Source: Ascidiella aspersa
Lineage: Eukaryota
Reading direction: 5' to 3'
NCBI GenBank assembly: GCA_963924565.1
Contig: OZ004611.1
Location: forward strand, 25,296,001-25,360,000
Length of the DNA: 64,000 bases
The notes beneath the pieces are model-generated. The model was given only the letters and a program-made list of their open reading frames with translations, searched no databases and had not been told where the DNA came from. Positions 19,501-31,500 of this stretch are shown one piece after another (position 1 is the stretch's first letter; each line of letters starts with the position of its first letter). Both the position numbers and the translations under genes were made by a program.

Positions 19501-22500
19501 AATTATGCGTTAATGGAATAATTCCTGCTTTAAAACTTTTGTTTTAAAAAAAAATGAAAAATAGAAATCAAGAAAGTATAAACAAATCAAATATTATTGT
19601 TTTATTACATGAATAGCAGTAAACAACAAATATTTAAACCTATTTAGGAAATGTTTACCTAAGGTTTTTTTAATACGACAACAAATTTATAAATATACGT
19701 AGCTTCATATTTATTGATAATAATTCAACTTGTATTAATAATACTGTGCATTAAGATGAGACCAAGGCAGCTAACTTTGCTACAACCGCACCTGCCCCCA
19801 ACACCACATTGGCAGTCAACCAAGAATGCTATATTGGAGATGGAACGGCATATATGGGCTCAGTCAATGTCACTGCAAAAGGAAAGATGTGCGACGATTG
19901 GTCGACGCGTTCAGTAAACTACGGTAACTCAACTTTCGGAATAAAGTGCACGAAAAATGCTTGATTAGGACAGCACAATGAAATAGCATCAGATAAATGT
20001 TGAAATACTGAGTATCTACTAAAGCGAAATTTTAAATTAGAAAATACTTTACCTAAATCAAAGATTTTCAGTATGTACAACATACACCAAGTGGTATGTA
20101 ATGGGCTTTTCAAATTGCATGCATGTTATTGATACTAGCTCAGGTATTTTTTGCCTTTTTATATATGTTTGACCAATAATGTGATATCTTATTGTTGCTA
20201 CAAAAGCAAGATTTAAGTTGGTTGTTATTTAACTCCATATTGCAATAATCATTTAATTAAAACATAAGTTTTTATGTCTACCAGGTGGTGTCCATAAAAA
20301 CTCAAGAACCACTTATATTTTTATCATATGATCCTACAAGATACCAGTCATGAAAGGATTTGACTCCCCCCCCCCCCCCCCCATGCACGATTCGTTTTGA
20401 CTGGTTGCTACATAGTTGGCTAAAATATATTAAAATTAAAATTTTGTTGCAACACAAAGGATAATGTTTATTGTACACAAAGTTAAAAAAGTAAATCTGT
20501 GATTAAAAGGCCTTACTGGTACAAGCTGCAGAAACCCAGACCACTCTTTGATGCCCTGGTGTTACGCCAAAAATGGAACATGGGAATACTGTGATGTCCC
20601 TCTTTGCACTGGTGAGTTATTTAAAATTCAAATTATTTATTTGATAAGAATTACAATGTATTGTTTTGTTTTGAAGCAATAACTATTTTAGGTAAAATTT
20701 AAGATTGTTTTACCCCAAAATATATTGGATTTAAAGACATGTGTATATTTCAAACAGCTCAACAGAATTACACACATTTTTGTCATTTTAGAAGAAACAT
20801 TAAACAACCTAACTTGTTGTACTTGTACACTTCAGAGAAATTAGAATATCAACCCAATTTTAAGCTGAATTATTTATTTTCCATAGTATTATTCCATATT
20901 TACAGAGTACAGTTCACAAACATTTATACAAAATTGTATTATTTTACTCCAGTGAAAAAATTCTGTCCAACTGGCTGGTATCCCATTGGTAAACGGTGCT
21001 TTCAGCTTGGTTGTACAATTCCTTCAACGTGGCAACAGGCTCAGCTTGTGTGCAAGAAACTCGGGGCAAATGTGATTCGCATTGCCTCAAAACTGGAACT
21101 TGATCAGGTCTTAGTTTGGATGAAGCAAGTTAAAGCTACAGCAAGTAAGTAAGAGGTTTGTTGGATGGGTATATTTGCTTTCTGAGTGAAGATGCCTTGC
21201 ATGATTCTGGAGATATTTATTTGCGTGTTGTAACGAGTATTTGCGTGTTGTAACATGTGTATTTTAAATAGTGGACAATTTAGTACCATTAACTGGAAAT
21301 TCTAAGGGTGCTGACTTGTCTGATTATTTTTTAGTAAATATTATAATGTTTTAGTCAGGAAAGTTTGTATGGGAAATACCCAGTTTAAGATTAATATTTT
21401 ATGTTAAATGCTTAAAGCTATACATTTGCTGCATAAGTTTGTCAACATATGTTGCTATATATTCTGAAAAACTTACCACTTTGTCTAATGGTTCTTTTTC
21501 TATATTTTTAGGTTCAATTTGGATTGGCATGAATGACATCAAACATGAGATGCAGTTTGTGTGGGACGATGGCGTCAAACCAACCTTCACAAACTGGGGA
21601 AAACAACAGCCAGATGACGTGAAACGTAGGCTTGTTTTTTTCTGTTTAGCAAGTTAAAAAAGTATCTGGCATTAAATTAACTCCATTTCTTGACTTAAGT
21701 GCACTTAAGTCACTGTTTTTAAACGACTTTGACTAAGTCTTTTTGCTGGAATTGCGTTTTTGGTACTTTTTTAATTACGCATTGCTCATAAATGGACGAA
21801 TTTGCCCATTTTGATAGCTTAACATGTATTTTTTCTGACAACGAATTGACCGCTCTAATTATGACTTGGCTGGGACTCGACTTGTGATTTATTCAATTAG
21901 ACTTGACTTGGACTTAATTTCTTTTTATAAATGACGTGTTCACAGAACTGGTATATGGTATAATTTACCCAAGTACTTTTTATTTAATGTTGATGTTGTG
22001 CAATTTCAAACAATTTGTCAAAAGAACAAAAAACGTTCGTTTCGATTAGGCTTCTTATTAGACCTAATGTATACTTGCTCCACTGTTTAATTAACCTAAT
22101 TGCTAAATTGGTGTTTGACAAATAGTTACTTACATAGATATGCCAAAACAACTCCATATATTTTTTTGGTAAACATATCTCATCATGTTTGTGCATTTTT
22201 TCAGCGGTCGACGATTGTGTGGCGATGAACATGGCCACCGGTTTGATTTGATTAACTAGGATAAATATATTTGTAGCTTAAATATCAATCTCAAAACTAA
22301 ATAGGGCGCGTATAGACGTTTCGATACGCACTTATTTCATCATCAGTTAAACAAATAATTTATGTAAACCTAATTGCTGAATTGGTGCTTGACAAATAGT
22401 AACTAACATATATATGGTTAAAGGACTCAAAATATTTTATCTGCAAAAATGTGTCTTACGTTTTTCCATATTTTCAGCTGACGATGATTGTGTTGCGATG

Positions 22501-25500
22501 AACATGGCCACCGGTCTTTGGAACGTTACTGATTGTGCAATAAAGAGGCAGTACATTTGCTCGAAGCCAGCCAGCGAAACTATTTCTCCCAACCCCGATA
22601 CTTTAATAGGGATTTGCACAAATAGGGGACCAAGCTCAGGCGGAAACTCTAGTGGACCACCCCTACCTAGTCCGCCGACTCAAACAGGTATTTTCCTTCG
22701 TTATTATCGAGCAAACATTTACTTGCAGTAGACAAGTATGACGCCGATTTTTAATACATTTTTAGAATATCAGAAAAAACCTAATTTGGTAGATAAATAC
22801 CGAAATAGCATATTATTATTATGCTACATGAAGTCCCAATGTAAATTAGTTAAGACATGGGTGGGCAACAAGGCGCGCGGGCCAAATCCGGCCCGCCAAT
22901 GATTATCTTCCGGTCCGTTACCTCAGCGAAATGGTAAGGGGCCATTTCTATTATTTTTCGGCCATTTAAACCAGGCAACAATTTAACTTTAACTCATTTT
23001 ATCTGAATGCGTTGTTGACAGTTAGCATTTATTACAGCCCACAGAGACGTTTCTAAGGTTAGTTTTACCCGCGACTAGGAGAAGGCTGAGCAACCCTGGG
23101 TTAAGAGATTTTTCTGCAAAACTTTTAAATTAAATCGCATTCCCAATTAAAAAGTAAGACATAATTTTATTGTCTCTCCAATCTATACACTATCTCCGAT
23201 ATTTTGGCTAAATATAGGGAAGTTAAGACAAGACGAAAGTAAACCTTTAGCACACATATTAGAAACTGTAAAATAAAACACCAACAGGAACAATTGTATT
23301 AATCTTTTTTCAGTGGGTTGTCCGACCGGTTGGTACGGTTTTGGAACTTCGTGTTATAAGTTTGAGGATCTCACCACAAATTGGACTGTTGCTTATGCCT
23401 ACTGCATATCAAACTACGGATCAATGAGTAAAATGATTGCACCTAAAGACAGGTAATTTGAATTCTTTAGAAACTAGAAAGAAGAAGATATATCATTTTA
23501 TAAAACAAGACCACTATTTTTGTTAAAAAGGATAAATAAATGCCAACGTCTTAAAAATCAAGAAATTGTGCAAAATTGTGCGTGTTATTTATTTCAAGCA
23601 GTACTTATCGGAAAACAAACTGGTGCTGCATATGAAAATTCCTATTTATTTTCATATAATTTGGGTCGGCTACTTAAAATGGTCGGATACCACTGCTAGA
23701 GGGGGTGGTCCATGGTCTCGTCCTCCACACAGATACAGTCAGGGGCGATGTTGTATTGAGTTAATTGTTGTTTACCATCCGAAAACGCAATAAAGAGTCA
23801 GTACGGCTTGAGAAGGGCTGATCACAGTATATATCCATGTGCATGGCTACGTTGCTTGATCCAGACGGTTGAACCCTTAACATTACGTTGTATATACGAA
23901 CAGGTTGCAGGAGGCCACGGTGCTATGGTCGATTCTCGACTCACTCCTCTCTGAGCCTGTGTTATTCATTTGTTAGAGCAACGGCCACGGTATGGCCGAG
24001 GTCGTGAGTTCGAACCTCACCGCAGCAAGCTTGCTGTTTTCCAGCTTGCTTGTAATATTTTCCTGATTCGGCCAACTGATTTCTGTAGTAACTTTTCAGA
24101 AGGCACCCTGTCTACACGATTAAAGAGATTAGAAAATCATTTTTTCTTTAAATGTTTTCGAGCATATTGATTGGAAATTGTAGTAAGACGTAATAAGAAT
24201 ATCAAAGCCAAACATAGACTATGTTAAAAATGAATAAAGAGTTATTCGAAGCGTTCAAAATGTTATCTACTTTTGTATCGGCTTTTTTTATTCTTATTAA
24301 GTCTTTAAAATGTGTTTTTTATTCTTGATTTGTCACATATTTGTCTTTATTCCTTAGGTTCCAGCAGGCGTTTTTATCGAGTCGCGCCGCAAGGTACGCG
24401 GACGTAGTGTCTTTCCACCTGAATATTCTCGCCATCAAGTCGCGTACGAACAACTGGCACTTCTTCGACACCAACATCACCAGTCCCCTCTCCTCGCTCA
24501 AGATCAGATACACAAACTGGGACAGACGGCAGCCCAATACCAAGAACGTCGACCCGGGAACGCGTAAGTTAAAACGTTATGTTTACCTTTCTTGTTTTGA
24601 GCCAGGGGGGTGTTGACAGCATTTTTTGAAGTCTGAAATGAATATATTTTGAAATACAATACACTGGTTTGTTTAGTAATTTCAATAAAAAAATACTAGG
24701 GCGATTATATTCGGTAAAATCGACATTTCGCTGTTATCAACGTTTCGGCAATACCTCATGCCATCATTAGTGTAAAAATACAAGTGAAGATAAAAACTAT
24801 AACCCATATCCAGTTATTTTTGTCCCTTTCTCTTTTGGTATGTGTTATTGTATTTATCTTCACTTGTATTTTTTACAATAATTATGGCAGGAGGTATTGC
24901 CGAAACGTTTGTAAACAGTGAAATGTCGATTTTATCAAATTTAATGGCTTTAGTATTTTAATTGGAATATACAGTGATTTGAACAAAAATACCGCCTGCT
25001 TTTGTACCAAATTATAGGTTACTTTATACAACGTCGAGCACCAACGCTAAATATTGATTTATTTGTAATTTTGAAACAGTGGTCCCTGAGCATGGGTTCC
25101 GACAGATAAAAAAATAGATAGCGTGGGGCGACTCGAATCTGTCAAAAAGAACACGAAACTCAAATTTGGGTAGCATTGAAAAAAAAAATGTGACGCTCGA
25201 ATGTCAAATCAACAAGATGCAGCAATGCAGCATATTCAACGACCACTTTTAGCGAAAATAACGACCATTGTCAAGTACAAACTAACTTCCAAGTTAAACG
25301 TTCAATACAGCGGTGCCTTTGAAAAGGATTACTGGTTGGGTCGGCCAACCTTAACAATTAACATTTAACACTTATTGTATTTTTAAAATACGAAGGTACC
25401 ATTCAATGTTCATTTATTTTTCACCCCCGTTTTTTTGCTTCTATAGTTGGCATGTGCGTGTCTATGGCGGCCGGCAGCAAAGCCGGGTTATGGAAGGTGG

Positions 25501-28500
25501 CCAATTGTGCCGACAAGAGGCGAGTGATTTGTACTCTTCCCAGGGAAGGTGTCACGGCCGCCCCTATTCAACCAACGGTCACAACTGCTGGAAGTTGCCC
25601 TGAACAATGGAAGGTAGTGATTTCGACTTACTAGTGATTAAATATATGTTTTTTGTTGACCCCGCGTGTTTTACTTAAAAATTTAGGATTCGCGTTACCC
25701 CTGACACGAACAGGTTGGGATTTTTGATTACCCTTCTTCTAAATTTTCTTAATGTTGAATTGAATGCAAATATTTGGGCCATTGTTGGGTTATTTATGCA
25801 TTATTGTATTTGCGGTTATGACCTTCAGAATGACCAAAATATTTTCCTTTTTAATGAACTTAAAAACCGACTGGCTATAGTGCCTTGAGCCAAAACTATA
25901 GTTGTTGTTATCGTCAGACCTACTAAACTCGATTTGTTGATCTACGACAATTTAGGACAAACTTTAAAAGATTAAAGGCCAATTATTGCACAAATCGCTG
26001 ACGAAAACAAAAGACGAAAATTCGCACGGCGTGCCCGCATTTTTATGAGTGTAATTTCGTCCGGGCGAGTTGCTGATTGCTAGGCACTTACCCGACTGGC
26101 GAGTGCATATTTAGTTCAATACCAACCCTGTTAATTCAAATTGATAAATTTGAAAAAAAAGCAAACGCGAACCTTTATATTCGCAGCAAGTGAACAACAA
26201 GTGCTACAAGGCCTTCAGCAATATCGACCGACGCAAGCGAAAAACCTGGACCGAAGCGCGAGATTACTGCAGGAGCCTGACCGGCAACGGTAACCCTGGC
26301 AACGGTGACCTCATCAGTATCCATAGCGACAACGACCTGAGTTTGTTCACGGTTAAGGTTCTGCCCGGTTGGTTGCCCGCCCCGGTCTGGGTTGGACTCA
26401 ATGACAGGAACTCGGAGTCAAGGTGACTTTCGTGCGATAGAGCAGACCTAATTAGATAACAACATATCACTGATCTTAAGACTGTTTATGAAAAACAGGT
26501 ATAAATCATAAAATAATTTCTTAAAATTTACAGAAACATATATTTCGCCTTGTAAATAGACTTCAGTTTCTTAATTCGAATTTGATTCCGAAAATATATA
26601 TTTCTGTAAACATTTAAGAAACTGTTTTATGTTTTATACCTGTTTTTTTTTATAAACAGTCTTACGATTATTTAAAACGAAAGAAAGATTCTTTCTTTTA
26701 CATTTTTTTGATTACTTACTTCCTAAAGTGTTTTATCAACCCTTTCAATGGTACGGCAATAAGTTCCATTCAGGCTGTATAGTTGTTACTTAAATGTATC
26801 AATTTTTTGTAAAGTAGATCACTACTACCTTCGCCTTTAAAAACTGTTCTCCAGTTTACTTGTTTTCAACCCATCATTTAAAAAAAAACACCCGTGCTTG
26901 GTCTTCCTAATCATTGCGAAATTCACAGCAGTTAATTGAATGCTTATTTGACAGTACATAATCGTGTCAAAATCCATTGATCCTGTATACTTTATATATT
27001 TTAACTAAAATGTATCAAATTTGTTGTCAAACCTATTGCTCTTACTTCTGTGAGAAACCTCAAAACACCGTGAAAAACATCAATGCCCTCTCAAGTGCGG
27101 GGCGTAGATCATGAACACGCCCATGTTTGCCAAATATCTCGAAATTTGCAGCATTAATATAAACACCCTAATTTTCAGATGGCAGTGGTCGGACGGAAGC
27201 GTGGTTGACTTTGTTGTTTGGGCGGAAAATGAACCGAACAATGCGGCAGGAAATGAAGACTGTGTCGACTTCCATCCGCGCACGAAAGGCTGGGTTGACT
27301 CCAACTGCAACAACCTGAGAAACTGGATCTGCCAAATGGAGTAAGTGTCAAACGGCGCTTCCTTGGATATACTATTACATTGCTATTTGCATTGCACTAA
27401 TACTACTATTGCATTTGCACTAATACTGACCAAATTTCACGGTTGCCAGAAAGTCTTTTATTCTTCAAAAGTTGAATTGATGTATTAAAATCCTTTGAAA
27501 ACCCTATGTTTTCTAAAAGTAAATTTATTTTATGTTCAGCTTAGATATGTATTTAGAAAGGTTACGTTTAAAATCAATAAAAAATATCTTTTTAATGACT
27601 TGACTATGGCATTTATACTGTTTTGTTTTCGAATTATATTCAAAAAATGTCGGGCGATCTAATTTTAGGTCTTTAAAAACCTACAAGAAAAGTTTTAAAT
27701 GTCTTTCATTTTTTTAATTATGTGGCAACCCTGTAATCTACATACCCTTGGTATACCCTTTGTGAGTTGTATATCCTATGTTGCATCCAATAGACACTTG
27801 AGTATACAGCATATTAAGACATTTTTTCCTTGATACAGCCCCGGAGTTCCATTGATTGACATGACCAACGTTACATCACCTGCCCCGCCAACCTGCAGTG
27901 AGAATTGGCTCTACTTCAACGGATCTTGTTATTTTTTCAGGTAATGACCTATCCCATTTACCTTTGTTTAGTATTGCCTTTATTTTTCCCAAATACATAT
28001 TTTACAAAAAACTAAAATTTGAACCCGACTTTTCTACGTTTTGCGCAGACTAACAATTTTGGAATCTTTTTTATTAGTTGCTAATTTTGGTAAGCTTGCT
28101 ATCAAATTTTCTTGCTACCTGTCCCGATTTTTATTAACTATTCAAATATCTTGGGATTGGTTTAAATAAAGGTTCAATCATTGAACTTTAGGAGCACAAT
28201 GGCTGGAGGGTGCACACCTAGAATGAATATCAAAGCCCATACAGAAGAAGGTAGCATGTTTGAACATAGTTGTGTTCAAAATGAAAGAAAAAATAAAAAA
28301 ATATTTGAAGCGTTTAATATGCTACTTACTTTTGAATGGGTTTTGACGTTTATCAAACGTCTACTCTAGCTAGGCTAGATGAATACTTTATGTTTACCGA
28401 AATTTCGCAAATGAATCTAGAGATATGCTGAACCGCAATTTGTCTTGTTTTCGTAAAGTTTTGCACCTGTTTATAATGCTCGGGCAAGTTTATATGCAAA

Positions 28501-31500
28501 TCCCTTTTTTCTTTGACGATATTCCAGCAACCGAATTCGGAAGTCCTATTATCAAGCGCGCCAATACTGCCAGACGAACTACTCCGAGCTCACATCTATA
28601 AGTGGAATCGACGAACAGAACTTTCTCCACCTCTCCGTACAAAAGCAGTCGCTCATGAAATGGCAAGTTCTGCGTCTAGTGCCTCCCCAAATTAAAACGT
28701 AATTGTGTAAACGAAATGCGAATGTTTATAAACGGCGAAAGATACGTGTTTTTCTCTACAAGTCTAAGAGCTGATTTTGTTTTATTCAGGTGGGTTGGTT
28801 TGGATATGAACAACGGTGATGGGGCGTTTAGATGGCTGGATGGAACTCCACTTGGCTTTCAGATGTGGGCTAAAGGTAAATTTATGAATCAAGTATGTTT
28901 TTTATAAAACGCCTATTTAATGAAAAAACCTATCAAACGTGGCAAATATAAGTTACTTCGCTCGATTTCTTAATATTTTTTTAAGTTTTAGTTTTTAATT
29001 GTTACAAGTGAGTTCAATTTATGGTTGGTATTATATAGCATGTATTAGTTGTATAATCTAAAATATATGTACGTCATATAATAGAAAAGAAAAATATCGG
29101 CCCCAAATTGGAGTCCAACTCAAACCCGAGGTTTCTAGTATTTTAAGACTGACAAAAACACATTATACGGGTTCCTGGTCGTAAAGCCGTGTTTCTAAAT
29201 CCTTTGGTCGCGACCTAACATTGGGCCGCCGTTCACTTGGTCGGGTCTCGGCTGCAGTAGTTCATATGGCTAACTTCATTTAACTTGGTTATGAGAAAAA
29301 CTTCCCGAAAAAAGCAATGCGAAAACATGTCCTATTGAATTCGAACTTGTTAATGTATTTTGTTTTGGTCGCTTACAAATCATTTAGTGAAAAGATTCGG
29401 GTCGCCAAAGCTTAGCTAATATACTTATGCTTAGTGTTTGGGTCGCCGCGAAGAAAGGTTGAGAAACACTGTCGTAATTTCCAGCTTAAGTTGTGTTCAG
29501 AAAGTGACCTTACAAAAACAATTAAAATATTATTTTAATTGTGTTAACCAAGAAATTTGTACTGTTTTGGTTTCCGAATTATATTGAAAAAAACGTTAAG
29601 CGATTTATTATTAGGTTTATAAAATCCTACCAATTTTTCAAGAAAAGTCTTTGAATGTCTTTGAATCGTTTTGATAAAATTATGTGGCGACCCTGCATAC
29701 TTTCATTATACGTTCGTAGACGAACCGAACTACGCCAACAAACAGGAAACTTGCGTGAACATCTACAGACAGAACGGCTACTGGAACGACGACAACTGTG
29801 GCACAGTGCTCAGGTAAGGCTGTCTTCCTCAATTAACAGACTTAAATCTCGAATTTTATAGTGCGGAAGTTAATCTGTTAAAATGCATTGAAATAATGAC
29901 TAACGAGATATTCAAACCGTTCGAAATGTTGCCTTCTTCCATATAAGCTTTGATATCCCTATCGTACAAAAAACCTGTGCTTTGCTGTGTAGCTCCTCTG
30001 GCGAATTCTAAAATTGCGTCATTTTTTGTAGAAGAATGCAGTTTTAAAACCTACAGCAAAATCCGCCCGCGGTTATACAGTAAAGGTTTTCAGTTCAACA
30101 TGCCTTGTTCTTATGCTCTAAGTTACTTAATATCTTAATAGCCGCTACCTTATGTTTCATATATACACCTGATATTTTCAGCTTCATTTGCAAGCGTTCG
30201 AACCAGACTGATACGTCAGCAACCACAGTGGCACCTGTCTACAATCCTAAGGGTTTCTGCCCAGCTGACTGGATGGAGTACCGCGGATATTGCATTAAGA
30301 TAAAAGGAAACACCGAACAAAATAGGTACATAGTTGTAGAATTTTGGTAAATTGTGTCATTTATAAGAAAAATCAGTAGTAATTCTTGACGTTTGAAACC
30401 CGAGTAATCAAAGCCTGATCCTTTAATTTACAAAGGTTTTTTTTTAACTTTTTCCTCGTTTATTAACGCCTCAGCGTATCAGCGATCGACATTCAGAAAA
30501 AACTTGAAATAATATTACCCGTATATTTTTTTTAAATCTTTTCAGGAACCGAAACGTTCTTTCAACTTTCTTAAATTGTCCCTTTACCTATAGCCTATAT
30601 ACTTTTTGTAAACAGCAGAGAATTCGCTTATAGAGAAATAGTTTGGTTCTACAAAATATATTTTTGCGGTCTTTCAATTTTCCTAAAGGTCACCAAAGCC
30701 GAACTCCAAAAAGTGTCATTGTAATTAAAGTAAATAAAGTATTTTTATTTTTCACAAAGCCCTTTCAACCTTTTATTCGTACTGCGAGTAACACAACTAA
30801 ATATTGGTAGATTTTTTACTGAATTTTGTTTTACCACCAACATAATTGTTCAGGTTAAACTGGACGGACGCGAGGGACGATTGTATGGCCGATGGAGGCA
30901 ATCTGCTTTCCATCCCGAACGCACAGTTCCAAGCTTTTTTAACGGTACGTAAATGTTTTATTTGCCTGCGGTCATTTTCCATTGGCTGTTTAGTTGTTTA
31001 CGCCGTAAAACATCAGTTTATTTTTGTTAAAAGTACAGGCTATTTAGTAGACACTTGCGACCCTTCATGCTTTAATTCTATACCGATACCCAAATTACGT
31101 TGTCAAATGTTTAAATAGCTAAATTAATTAAATTGAAATTCAAACTATTTTTTTTTCTTGATCGTCAAGCCAAAATAGTCTGTAGCGGCATTAAAGTAAT
31201 TTGCTTTTAATTTTTATGGAACTACTTTCCACTAAGCTGTCAATTAGAAAAAGCTACAAAAAATAAAATAAAATGCCAAACCGAACAGGTAAAATCAGTA
31301 AAATGCCAAACCGAACAAAGTAAAAACGCTTTAAAGCGGACCCAAACTCCAGTTCTAAAATAGCAGAAAATTGACACAACATCACTAGAGCATAGGGATA
31401 AATTCAACACCTAGAGATGTTAAACCGCATTAAGAAAGAATCATGGTAAACAATTGAGCTCAGCATTAAAAACATTTTTAATTTTAAAGTAAAACATTCA

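Noticed and set aside
20366-20382. Poly-C run as a functional G-quadruplex
   Set aside because: A simple homopolymer within a decayed repeat, with no other support.
23953-24030. tRNA gene
   Set aside because: No intact cloverleaf. The head continues into a body shared by dispersed diverged copies, so it is a SINE.
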